Source: Gekko japonicus
Lineage: Eukaryota
Assembly (NCBI RefSeq): GCF_001447785.1
Contig: NW_015172604.1
Coordinates: 334,140 to 398,139 of the forward strand
Length of the DNA stretch: 64,000 nucleotides
Direction: 5' to 3'
Positions 12,169 through 23,760 of the stretch are shown here, one piece after another (the stretch's first letter is position 1; every line of letters starts with the position of its first letter). Both the position numbers and the translations under genes were made by a program. The notes beneath the pieces are model-generated. The model did not search any database and was not told the DNA's origin. It saw nothing but the letters and a program-made list of their open reading frames with translations.

Positions 12169-13853
12169 TAGAATAATATGCAGAGATTCTTGTGGGAGAT
12201 ATTTTACGTATAAGTAGAGGCTACACATATATATTTTAGCTATATATATGTGTGTGTATATATAGATACATCAAAGCATGACTCAGTGCTTTAAGGTAAA
12301 TATTTTAAACTATTATGTAATAGCATCGTAACCTGTCAGCATTAGATCCAGTCACTATGGTGGGCCACGCAGAAAAAAACAAATTACACTTGAAACCCGA
12401 AGTGCGAGAAGTGGCACGAGGCCTGGGAAGTGGGGGGGGCCCTGGGAGGATGAACACACTCAGGGTCCAACCACAGCATGTAATTCCCACCCCCACCCCA
12501 CTGGGCAGCCTGAAGCCTCTGGCTCCTCCAGGCTCCAGCACCAAAAGCCTGGCCTTCCACGCCGGCCTGGTCAACGAAGAAGGATGCACTGCCTGCTGCA
12601 GGCCACTCCCCACCCACTGGCTGCAGGGAAGCTGTGCTGGAGACCCCGTGGACCAGAGAGACACTTCCACCCAGATCCCAGGCTTCATCCCAACACGGCA
12701 GGAGTTTGGTTTCTTTGGTGCACATGACACAAAATGCCACTATAAACCTGAAGCCAGAAGGATGCAGGAAGGAAAAGGCTGAGCAGGAGGGCCAGCGGGG
12801 AACAGGTACACTGCCTCCAAGCATGGACTAGTGCTACTTTTGAACAGACTTCAGCTGCCATAAATATGTCATTGTTTTAAAAGCCAGACTACGGAAATCA
12901 CTAAAAAGTTCAATTTTCTCTCTCAACAGCTAAAGAAACCTCTTTGGATAACTCTCACACGCACATGGAGGAGTCGAATGAAACCTCACAGAGGCAAAAG
13001 GATTTGGCCCGCCAGCCAAACAGCTTCCCCTGCCTGTGACAGCCACTGCCACCGCACTGGTCTTTGGCAACAAGAAGGAGCCGGCCAGGTGTTGCTGAGT
13101 TTAAATAGCTGATTCCTGTTTCAGGCACTTCTTAATTCCATACGTGTGACTACCTTATGGTAAAAAAAAAACAAGCCAGCTCTGAAGGTGAGCAACTTCT
13201 GTTGATGCAGCTACAAGATGGACACGGACTGCAGAGAGATCCCATTAGAATCAAACACCGCTGTCAACGTCTCGCTCTTTTAAAGCATCTTGATCTCCAG
13301 TTCCCCACCTCATCAAAAGCAATTAGTTGTTTTACATTACACACGCAGAATAAAAATATCCATGCTGTAATGCAACACCAAAGTGCAGAAAAGCTGTTCA
13401 CCTGTATCAAGCCATCTGGGGAGCTGGAAGTGTGGGTAAAATTACTATAAAAGGCTTCTTGGGAATCATATTAAATATTTCTTTTCTGGTCTTGGAATAA
13501 AGACAAGTATATCCACCCCCACCCCCAAACAAATGACAGCTGATAACATCTGGGGCAGAAGCAATACACTGACAGTGGCTGGCAAAACCTGGAGATGCCA
13601 TCTTGGGAAGATGCTCTGACCCTGCATCTCCATGAAGCAAGCCCCGATTTGTATCGCACGGTTTTGCGACCTAACTGGAGGTGCTGAATTGCAAGCAGAA
13701 AGTGCTCATCCAATTGCATTGGGGCTGGACCCCGCCCTCCGGTGCAGATTCAGCAGCCCAGGCATCGATGCTTCAGGGGGTCTACCAGGGCAGCTGCAGT
13801 CTGAGGGTCAGAGACAGGCCGGGGTGTGAGGTGAGTCTGGGTCACCCAGGGCT

Positions 13854-14072
13854 TTATTTATACCTGGAAGAGTAATATTCTTCTTCCAACTCGTAGAGGT
13901 CGATGGAGATCTCATCCCGCAGCGCGATCAGCTTCTTGTCGCACTCCTCCTGCAGGCCGTGCAGCTGTTGGCTACGCTGGTTGATGGCCTCGTTGACAGA
14001 GGGGAAGTCATTGAGGATCAGGAACTGCTTCAGGTCAGAGACGAGTTTCATGAGCGATTCTCCGGCTCGGAC
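13854..14072 (-). CDS. MED22: MED22 coding exon 3 (donor after 13864 for the long isoform; read-through RYK* to 13854 for the short isoform)
   Basis: [30 protein letters not shown]...[11 protein letters not shown]. Confidence 0.96.
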   Translation of the reverse strand, partial: VRAGESLMKLVSDLKQFLILNDFPSVNEAINQRSQQLHGLQEECDKKLIALRDEISIDLYELEEEYYSSRYK

Positions 14073-15076
14073 CTACTTGGGACAGTCGGAAATTTAAACA
14101 ATACAGCTGCTCTCTCCCAAAGGCAATGGCCGTCTGTTTTGTTTTTTGCCATCAAGTCAGAGCTGACTTATGGCAACCCCACAGAGTTTCCAAGGCAAGA
14201 AGCATCTGAGGCAAACAGACGTTTGCCATCGCCTGTTTTTGCGTAGTCAGCCCGGACTTCCTTGGTGGCCTCCCATCCAAGAACTAACTAGGGCCGAACC
14301 TGCTTAGTTTCTGAGATCTGTCCAGGTCAGGGTAAAGACAAAAAATATACATGTTGAGTTATAAGCCAAAGGGGACAGAGAACACCTTTTTTGTTTGCAT
14401 GGTTTTTCGAAGAGCTGCAAACACAGATGGCAGGAGGAGGAGAGATTTGATTTATACCCCGCCCTTCACTCAAGAGTGGCTTACAATCTCCTTTCCTTCC
14501 TCTCCCCACAACAGGTACCTTGTGAGGTAGGTGGGGCTGAGAGAGCTCTGAGACAACAGTTATCAGAAAACTTTGACTGACCCAAGGTCACCCAGCAGCT
14601 GCATGTGGACAAGTGGGGAATCAAACCCAATTCTCTAGATTAGAGTCCGCCACTCTTAACCACTGCACCAAACCGATAAATTTTCTACAACAATGTATCT
14701 CGCACAGGTGAGCTTGTTTGCTCACCTCCTCCAACTTTACCAGTACCCTCCTGACAGCTCAGAGGGAGGGAAGGAGAAGAGTCTTAACTCTGGGGAGCGT
14801 GAAACCCCTCAGGTGAGGAGTGGCCCTCGGATGCCCTTCCTCCTGCGACTTGCAGAGGGCAGTACCACTCCTTTAGACAGGCCCCAGTCCCTGCCTCACA
14901 GGGTACTGATGCGGCAGGAACCCACCTTGGTCCTCCTGGCCCATGTTCTCCTTCCCCATCTGCCAGGGGGCAGAATTAATCCCACTTGCCTTAGCAAACA
15001 GACCAGGGAGCAAGAGCAACAGACCACAGAAGGAAGAGGGAGGAAATCCATCACTGCGGCTAAAGGTGGAATTTGG

Positions 15077-15360
15077 GAGCCAGTTTGGTGTAGTGGTTAA
15101 GTGTATGGACTCTTATCTGGGAGAACCGGGTTTGATTCCCCACTCCTCCACCTGCACCTGCTGGATGACCTTGGGCAAGCCGTAGTTCTGGTAAGAGCTG
15201 TCCTTGAAAAAGAGCAGTTTGTGTCAGAGCTCTCTCAGCCCCACCCACCTCACAGGGTGCCTTTTGTGGGGAGGGGAAGGGAAAGGAGTTTGTAAGCCGC
15301 TCTGAGACTTCCTTGGGTAGTGAAGGGCGGGGTATAAATCCAATCTCTTCTTCTTCTTCT
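15077..15360 (+). mobile_element. tRNA-derived SINE with a (TCT)n tail (Squam3-like)
   Basis: GCCAGTTTGGTGTAGTGGTTAAG head, GGTTTGATTCCC B box, TCT tail; many copies in the window. Confidence 0.8.
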
Positions 15361-15438
15361 AAACCAGGTTAGGAACCCACCACAATGGGACCGGCCGCCC
15401 AGCATCCCCTTCCAGGGGCTCAGGCCACCCCGACTCAC

Positions 15439-15519
15439 GATGTTTGCTGCTCTGACGTGCATCTCATAGTTGTCTTGCTCGCCTTGGGTTGCCCGAGACA
15501 CCTGGGTTTCTTCTTCAAT
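15439..15519 (-). CDS. MED22: MED22 coding exon 2
   Basis: IEEETQVSRATQGEQDNYEMHVRAANI; 81 nt, AG/GT flanks. Confidence 0.96.
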
Positions 15520-15540
15520 CTGCAGAAGGAAGTGGAACAC

Positions 15541-15824
15541 GGCCAGTTTGGTGTCGTGGTGAAGTGCGTGGACTCTCTAATCTGGGAGAACCGGGTTTGA
15601 TTCCCCACTCCTCTACTTGCACCTGGCTGGATGACCTTGGGCAAGCCGTAGCTCTGATAAGAGCTGTTCTTGAAAAAGAGCAGTTTCTGTCAGAGTTTTC
15701 TCAGCCTCACCTACCTCACAGGGTGTCTGTTGTGGGGAGGGGAAGGGAAAGGAGTTTGTAAGCCGCTCTGAGACTCCTTCAGGTAGTGAAGGGCGGGGTA
15801 TAAATCCAATCTCTTCTTCTTCTT
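15541..15824 (+). mobile_element. tRNA-derived SINE with a (TCT)n tail (Squam3-like)
   Basis: Second copy, abutting a MED22 exon acceptor. Confidence 0.8.
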
Positions 15825-16444
15825 GTGAACTTTCTAAATGGTAACTTCTTCATTTATTTTGTTTATACCCCACCTTTCTCCTCAACAGGAACCCAAAGCA
15901 GCTCACATTAGTCTCCTCTCCTCCATTTTAGCCTCACAATTACCCTGTGAGGTAGGTTAGAGTGACAAACCCAGCCAGCTTCCATGGCAGAGTGGGGATC
16001 TGAACCCGGGTCTCCAAGATCTGGTCTGACACTCTAACCGCTGCGCCCCACTGGCCTGCTTTCCATTCTACAGCAGGGTTTCCATTGCACTCAGAGGTTT
16101 TAGCTTTTATACAATTTTTCTTTGCACCTGTCACTGCTTTGCGAAGAACACCAACTGGTTTGGCATAACACCCATCAGCAAATGCTATTCCTTGTGCCGG
16201 GGATTTTAATGCCCCAGCTCTTAAAAAGGGTTCTGAATCTTCCCCCCGTCAGACTGGCTGGCAACCCCGACATTTCCCACCCTCCCTGCAGCACCTGTCT
16301 CGGCTCACTGAGTTGAGCTGCCTGAGTTATTTTAAAGCACTGCTGATAAAGAGTCAGGTCTGCAAAAACTGGGGAGCTCTAGCAGGGGAAAGAGGGGAAA
16401 CAAAAAGAAGTGACTTTGTGAGGTTGTCTCCCCCAAACACACAC

Positions 16445-16567
16445 CTTTGCGGTCTTGATGATCTCTGTGAAGTTGTCCATGATGGACTTGATATCGTCTT
16501 TCAGTCTTTTGTTAAAGGACTGAAGGAGAGTTTCTTTACTCTGAGGGAGGACACGTTGTTGTGACAT
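16445..16567 (-). CDS. MED22: MED22 first coding exon (exon acceptor at 16590)
   Basis: [41 protein letters not shown]; 123 nt. Confidence 0.96.
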
Positions 16568-17686
16568 TATGGGAGAGGAGATACTTTAGCTGCAAACAAA
16601 GGGGGGGGGAGGACACAAGGTGTTAGAAGGCAGAACCATCAAGGGCTGTATTTTCAAAATCTGTGTGTTGCAAAGCCAGTCATCTATCTACATAAAGGAT
16701 TTACTTTGTTACTTCCCTTTCCTCCACCTATTCCCCCCGAGACTGATGCCAGATTACAGGAACACACATATATAAGCTTCAGCCCCCAAACAGCCTGGAA
16801 CCGAAATTCAAAGAGCAGAATTTTTATTACCATGCCCTTTCTTGGCTCCATCTCCCAAACATGCAAACCAAAGATGTGGAAGTGAAAACCAACATCTCAG
16901 TCCTTCTTGAAACAACAGTGGCAGTTATTCATCTGGCAAACTGATCTTTCAACAGAAAAACCTCACCTTCTTAGCACACTTCATTTAATGGGAGTTTGTA
17001 GCATCCAGCTTGAGTCCCATTTTTTTAATAGCCTGTGCCATCCTAAACAGAGCCCACTGAAGGCTTAGAAAGGTGTGATTCTACTGAGGCCTGCACTGTC
17101 TTTTCCCACCAACACATGCAGTCCATAGCTTTACTCATTCTAGGCAGCAGAAGAAAACTGTAGGGAGAGGCAATGAACCACGGGAACCCCCAACAACAAC
17201 GGCTGCATAACAGGTCGTTTTCCAACAAAGACCAACACCCCCCAAAATTTCAGCTTGGCTAAAACTAAGGGAAAAGCAGAAGTCCGAGGAGTGTAGTCCC
17301 GGGCCTCTCACTTGAAGCAGGCCAACCCAAAGTAGCCCGGAGAGAAAAAACCCGAAAGAGGCGGCAGAACAGCCAGATCGCCCTCGCCTGCTGGAAGCAC
17401 CCACAGCTGCCCTGATGGCTTAACAATGAGGACTAGAACCCTCATTGCAGATTTAAACCATGCAGTTCCAAAAGAGGGCTTGAAAACCACAGAGGGGCGC
17501 CTTAAGTTGTGCTTCAACAGCAGCTAACTTGCATGAACCCTCCCCTCCGGAAAGAGTTGCCACCTCTGAATTAAGAAATTCACGGATATTTGAAGGTGGG
17601 GCCTAAGGAGGTCGGGGGGGGGGGAATCTCAGTGCGACCATTTTCTCCAGGGGACCTAACCTCTGCCGTCTGGAATCAGTTATAAC

Positions 17687-18180
17687 CAGTGTTCCCTCTA
17701 AGCTGAGTTAGTGTGAGCAGGCCTCTAGTCGGGGGGGAGCTCTCAGGTACGGAGCTCCGGAAGAGAACCTCTAGACAAGACTCCACAGCTTAGAGGGAAC
17801 ATTGGTTACAACCAATGTTCCCTCTAAGCTGTGGAGTCTTGTGAGCAAAAATTGGTTGTAACCAATTGGTTGTAACCAAACTGGTTGTAACCAATGTTCC
17901 CTCTAAGCTGTGGAGTCTTGTGAGCAAAAATTCTACTTTGTGAGCTGCTGGTATTAAAGTTGTGAGCGATCTATTTGGTTATAACCAATGTTCCCTCTAA
18001 GCTGTGGAGTCCTGTGAGCAAAAATTCTACTTTGTGAGCTACTGGCATTACAGTTGTGAGCTACTGCATTAAATGAGTCTGCTCTGGAGCCCTCCTTCCT
18101 GAGCGAAGACAAAAACGTGTGAGCCGGAGGCTAAAAAACTGTGAGCTAGCTCACACTAACTCAGCTTAGAGGGAACACTG
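17687..18180. mobile_element. Composite array of hAT MITE family A termini
   Basis: Outer TSD GTTATAAC; six TIR copies, separated in places by GTTA(T/C)AAC or GTTGTAAC. Confidence 0.85.
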
Positions 18181-18354
18181 GTTATAACTCCGGGGGAACT
18201 CCAGCCCCCGCCTGGAAGTTGGGAACCCTATAAAACCAGGCTCCAGCTCCTCCAAACGAGGCCATTCCACCTGCAAAGCCCAGAATCATGGCCCTCCCCA
18301 CTTTACCCTTGGATCATGGGCCGCTTCCTGCCTGGACCCGCCGCTGGACCTCAC

Positions 18355-18490
18355 CTCGCTCTCATCAAGAGCACACGGGGAGCCTCAGGAAGTGACGTTC
18401 GGGGTAAGCCTCCATCACTTCCTTTTTCGTTTTCCCTCCGCCCCGGAAGACCTTGCCCCCGCTTCCGGTTTGAGTTGGCATGCCTGTTCC
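18355..18490 (-). promoter_or_regulatory. MED22: Probable MED22 promoter and non-coding exon 1
   Basis: Donor GAG|GTGAGG at 18354; ETS/CRE-like GGAAGTGACG at 18388-18397; further CCGGAAG motifs at 18443 and 18462; locally CpG-rich. Confidence 0.6.
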
Positions 18491-18679
18491 GGGCTTTTAT
18501 AGAGAGAAATAGGGACACCTCATACCTGCTTTCGTAATTATTTAAAAAAAATCCTTATAATATGATAGAGAAATCTCAACGGGGACAATTCCAGAAATAA
18601 AAATGCATCACAAAGTCTGACTCCAGACTGGGCCCCTTCAAGACCAACAAAGTTTAATCCCGGGTCTAACCTTTTGTGT

Positions 18680-18899
18680 TAGGGTTGCCAACTGCAGATT
18701 GAGAAATTCCTGGAGACTTGGGGGTGGAGCCTGATGAAAGCAGGGTTTGGGAAGGGGGAGGCCCCACAGTGGGGCAGAATGCCATAGAGTCCACCCTCCA
18801 GAGGAGCCATTTCCTCCAGGGGAAGTGATCTCTGTTTTCTGGAGACCATTTGTAATTCCAGGAGATCTCCAGGTCCCACCTGGAGGCTGGCAACCCTGG
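18680..18899. mobile_element. hAT-type MITE (TAGGGTTGCCA...TGGCAACCCT)
   Basis: TIRs and 8-bp TSD TTTTGTGT; related pieces at ~5640-5870 and ~30370-31210. Confidence 0.8.
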
Positions 18900-19149
18900 T
18901 TTTGTGTGCGTGCACTTTGAAGACGTGTGCTTTGCACGGGAAACGTTTTACCTTGAATGAAACTCTGTGGGCCTTAAAGGTGGCCCTGGACTCAGACTTT
19001 ATCCTGCTGCTTCTGACCGACACGGCGACCCACCGGAAATCCAAATACCATTTTAAAAAAGTGATTCCTTCCTCCCCTTGTTTCATTGCGCTGCAAATCC
19101 ACATCGGCTCCAGCTTTTGGCCACCATGGTGCAAAAGTCCTAGAGACAC

Positions 19150-19770
19150 CCCCCTTCCCCCTTCAGCGTTTCCTCGGGTGAGCTGGCGCTTTTGTCTCGC
19201 GTGCGACAGAAGGACAAAAAGGAGGAGGGGTATCGAAGCAAGCCCGGAAGTAGAGGGCGGTCGTTAGTCTGCCCCTACCTCTACGGCCTCCTACCGCCGC
19301 TTCCCGCGCGATTTGCGTCGGCGCTCTCGCGGGAGCTGGCGCCGCTCGGGTTATATTACCCGGCATGCCTTGCGCTCCTCCTTTTTCCTCCCGCGAGACA
19401 AGATGGTGAGGGGCGGCCGGGATCGGGTTTAATGGCGGGGCTGCGGGAGGCTCTCAATCCATCGCCATCCGCCCTTGGGCCGGGGGCCGACTGGGCTGCG
19501 GCCGGTGGGCGAGAGACGGGGCAGGCTGGCGCCTCTTTCGGGGTTGATATCTGTGGGGCGGGGGCGGTTAAGCGTCTCGCAGGGGCCGGTCCCGGCCGAG
19601 GCCTTGGCCGGAGTGTTTCCCCCCTTGGGCACCGCCGGGGACGTGTCTGCCCTTGCGCTGCGTGGCTGCTTCCGGGCCGCGTTCGCATCGGAGCCGGTGC
19701 TCGTGGCCAGGAGGGCCCCCCGAACGCAGGAGAGGGAGGCGCCTTCGCGGGGTTTGCTCTGCCGACGGGG
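19150..19770 (+). promoter_or_regulatory. RPL7A: RPL7A CpG-island promoter with a 5' terminal oligopyrimidine (TOP) tract
   Basis: CCGGAAGT (ETS/GABP-type) at 19244; CTCCTCCTTTTTCCTCCC just before the ATG at 19403. Confidence 0.85.
19403..19405 (+). CDS. RPL7A: RPL7A exon 1 coding part (ATG only)
   Basis: caagATG|gtgag directly after the TOP tract. Confidence 0.9.
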
Positions 19771-19771
19771 G

Positions 19772-20072
19772 CAATGTCGCTCACAACGTTAATACCAGCA
19801 GCTCACAAAGTAGAATTTTTGCTCACAAGACTCCATAGCTTAGAGGGAACATTGGTTATAACCAATGTTCCCTCTAAGCTATGGAGCCCTGTGAGCAAAG
19901 ATTCTACTCTGTGAGCTGCTGGCATTAACATATTGAGCAGGAGATTTGGCTGCTGCATAAAATGAGTTTGCTCTGGAGCCCCCATCCTTCCTGAGCTGAG
20001 ACGAAACGGTGTGAGCCAGAGGCTAATAACCTGTGAGCTAGCGCACACTAACTCAGCTTAGAGGGAACACTG
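19772..20072. mobile_element. hAT MITE family A with an internal head-to-head palindrome
   Basis: TIR-GTTATAAC-TIR junction near 19836-19881; degenerate TSD GACGGGGG/GTTGGGGG. Confidence 0.8.
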
Positions 20073-20128
20073 GTTGGGGGAGCTCTGGAGGGGTTCACGT
20101 TTGCGGCTGGATTCGGGGCTGCACCGGG

Positions 20129-20346
20129 CAGGGCCGGCTCACTCACTAGGCGAACTAGGCAATCGCCTAGAGCCGGAGGGCCCTTAGGTGCTCCAAACTG
20201 CACCTGGCCCCCTACTCTGGGAGTTTCTTGATTATTTGTGTTTTTCATTCTTCCTAAAATGCATTTATTTTTGAAAATTGGTGGGCGCAGGGGGGCCCCA
20301 GAAGGGATCCTCGCCCAGGGTGCAAAATAAGCTGGGGCCGGTCCTG
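20129..20346. mobile_element. hAT-type MITE (CAGGGCCGG TIR)
   Basis: Exact 8-bp TSD GCACCGGG. Confidence 0.85.
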
Positions 20347-21157
20347 GCACCGGGTGGGCAGAGAAGGCAATCTGGAGCGTTGCGGCCGGAGGTGGACTGA
20401 CTCTCGTCTCTAGGACGACCTTTAGCAGGGCCCAGGTCTCTTAGGCTTCTAAGGGTGGTGGATGTAAATTCTTGTGTTGCAGTTATGGTCGGTATAACGT
20501 TGCTCTTTGTGCCAGAGTGTTCTTCCCTTGCGGGGGGGGGGGTACTTTGAGAGTTTGGCGGCTTCACATGAGCAGGTGAAGCTGCCTTATACTGAATCAG
20601 CTGATCGGTCCATCAAGATCAGTCTTCTCTACTCGGACTGGCAGCAGCTTTCCAGGGTCGCGGGCAGAGGTTTTTCATATCATCTACCACCTGGGCCCTT
20701 TTAACTGGAGTCAGATGCCCTTGATTGAACCTGGGATCTTTCGCATGCCGAGCAGAGGCATGGCTCTCAGGCAGAGGTCTTTCAGATCACCTACTGCCTG
20801 GTCCTTTTACCAGGAGATGCTGGGGATTCAACCTGGAACCTTCTGCATACCGAGCCGATGCACTGCCACTGAGCCACAGCCCTTCCCCCTTTGGATGCTG
20901 AGGTTTCTTTTAATTGCTCTCTCCTTCCAGAGGTTTGTAATCTGTAGAATTAATTGCTTTGCCATTTCTTAATATAGGAATAGAGGTTTCCCTTTCGGGA
21001 AGAAGAGATAAATGCTACTTCCCCCCCTTAGTGTATCCTTGTCTACTGCCGTGTGATTCTGGCTCTTTGGTTAGAAAGTGGCCATCCCAGAATTAAGACA
21101 CTTAGAATACTTTGCCTTGGCTTCTGGTTGTTCTGTGAGTTTCAGGGGGGAGGTAGC

Positions 21158-21509
21158 TCTGGATCTTTGTGTACCTCTTTTGGGGGGGGCTCCTCCCCCC
21201 ACCATGTGTTATTAAGATAATAAATTTATTGGGTTTAGAAGCATCAGATATGACTACTAAAGTGCAGTTTGATGGATCTTGTGTACCTGGCAGGGAGCTG
21301 CTGTTCCATTCCAAAAGCAAAGTTATTGTGGCTGGGTTCTGGCTCTTTGTGTACCTCTTTTTTTGGGGGGCCTCCTCCCCCCACCATGTGTTATTAAGAT
21401 AATAAATTTATTGCGTTTAGAAGCATCAGATAAGAGTGCAGTTTGATGGATCTTGTGTACCTGCAGGGAGCTGCTGTTTCATTCCAAAAGCAAAGTTATT
21501 GTGGCTGGG
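21158..21509. repeat. ~175-bp tandem duplication in RPL7A intron 1
   Basis: Two diverged units beginning CTGG(A/C)TCTTTGTGTACCTC and ending GTTATTGTGGCTGGG. Confidence 0.88.
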
Positions 21510-21695
21510 GAAGACTGAAGGCTTCTGACATTTCAGAGTCCTTGAGAATTTTCTGATTCTTCTCATGTGCTGTTAAAGGTTCCATTGTTGGTACAGATCG
21601 TTGAGAAAAATATTTATGAATCTGCCTTGCCATAAAGGTGTAATGGTCGGGGGGGGGGACCTAGTTTCTAACTGGGATTGATTCTCTGCTTGGGG

Positions 21696-21795
21696 GGGAA
21701 GAAGGTGGCCCCGGCCCCTGCTGTAGTCAAGAAGCAGGAGGCCAAGAAGGTGGTCAACCCTCTCTTTGAGAAGAGGCCCAAGAACTTTGGCATTG
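21696..21795 (+). CDS. RPL7A: RPL7A exon 2 (5' end missing in this sequence)
   Basis: [33 protein letters not shown](G)|gtgag. Confidence 0.9.
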
Positions 21796-22313
21796 GTGAG
21801 CATGTGGAGAGGCAGGGGAACAAGGGGGCGCGGGGATAAAGTGGGTTTATACCAAGTGACACTTAATAACTGATACGTTCTTCAGTAGTGGACAACTGCA
21901 AACCTATCATTCCCAGTAAGGGAAGAAAGTTAATACTGAAATGAGGGAAAATATAGAGTCTAGCTGTTTGGGAACGTAGTTGGATTCTTTATATTGCATC
22001 CCTTAATATATATTTTTTTAAATTTGAGTTTCGTTTTCATAAAGCACCTCAAACTATGGCGGAGGCATGCAGTGCTATTTGTAAGGTAAAATGTGTACGT
22101 GGAATTTATTCAGTCATCTGAATATGGCACATGGTCTCCAGAACTAACTTGCCTAAAGCTCTACGTTCTCCAGCTTGGAAACTTGGTGGTGGTTTAAAGT
22201 GAGGTGTTTGCTTAATTATAGGCATCTTTCCCATCTGGCTATCATGCAGTGGCAATTGCAGAAAAACTTTTTCGGTTTTCAGCTAGGCTAGAGGTGCTGA
22301 GAGGGTGGATGGC

Positions 22314-22675
<362 letters not shown>

Positions 22676-23612
22676 TGATATGCAATTTTAAAGGAGTGTG
22701 GGAGTTCGGAAGGTGAAACTTGGGGTGATGGGGTGGGCGGTATTGATGCAAATACTGTCAATAGCTCAGGCAGCAGACTCCCCAAACTGGATTTTTAAAC
22801 ATTCAGGGTCCTGTTTGGCCTGCTGCAGGGGGTTAGTAACAGGTGCAACTTTAGGAGTCTTTGTAGGCCATGTGCCTTTGCTTTGTGCCTGTGGGCTAGA
22901 TCCTGACTCCTAGGACAGTTGTGTCACCTATGTGGGCACACATTCAACTGGCGCTACGCCAATTGCACTGGCTATCGATTATCAGATCCGCTTCAAGGTA
23001 TTGGTACTGACTTAAAGCTTTGCGCGGCCAGGGACCAACATACCTAAGGGATCGCCTCTCCCCATATGTGCTTTTTCTGGCCTGAACAAGCTCCCACTTG
23101 AGATCAGGGCCCTGCGGGACCTACCACCCTTCCGCAGGGGTTATAAAACTGAGCTTTTCCACCAGGCCTTTGGATGAGGTGGCTGGCCTTCCATTTTCAC
23201 GCAGCCCAGATCAAGAAGACCTAGGGATCTAGCGGCACCAGTCTTGGAGTCTGTACACTTAAATTGCTAGTACTATGTATTTTAAATTATACTGTTTTTA
23301 ACTGTTCTTAAATATTGTATTAATGTATTTATTTATTCACCCATTGTAACGAGCTGTAGGCTTGTGAGGAGGGTGAAATACACGTCTAAATAAATAAGTT
23401 AGTGTTTCTACTGGAAGGTCCCTAGTACAAATCCAGCTGCTAACCAGCACCTTTGACTTGTGGGCAGAAGTTGCTTAGGGTTCATTACTGTTAGCTGGAA
23501 GTTAGGGACTTGAAAAAAATTATCTTAAGCAAAATGCAGATGAAAAGCTAGTGGAACTCAGGTAACTGGTACCAAGCAAAGGCCCATCCCAAAAAAGAGC
23601 AGCTTTCCTTAA

Positions 23613-23688
23613 TGTGCAGATGATGCTACCAAATATTTGCTATCTGAGTTTCTTGATGACTCCCAACCACCAAGATCGCTGATGCACA
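23613..23688 (+). ncRNA. SNORD24: Box C/D snoRNA U24, copy 2 (RPL7A intron 3)
   Basis: Same two guides; boxes C, D', C' (TGATGA) and D; terminal stem TGTGCA/TGCACA. Confidence 0.92.
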
Positions 23689-23760
23689 AAGATCTCTCGT
23701 GGGGGTGGGGTGCAATAAGGCATTGACTGTCTTTTAACAGAATCTGCACTGTTTTAACAG

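Larger units (their letters stand above)
10878..16567 (-). other. MED22: MED22 (SURF5) CDS span: join 16445-16567, 15439-15519, 13864-14072, 10878-11079 (204 aa); short isoform stops at 13854 (140 aa)
   Basis: All junctions GT-AG and in frame; translation is Mediator subunit 22. Confidence 0.95.

Noticed and set aside
15077-15150. tRNA-like sequence
   Set aside because: It is the head of a multi-copy SINE and continues into the SINE body and tail
17687-18180. Repeat-spacer appearance resembling a CRISPR array
   Set aside because: Vertebrate DNA; the repeats are transposon TIRs in both orientations with non-unique spacers
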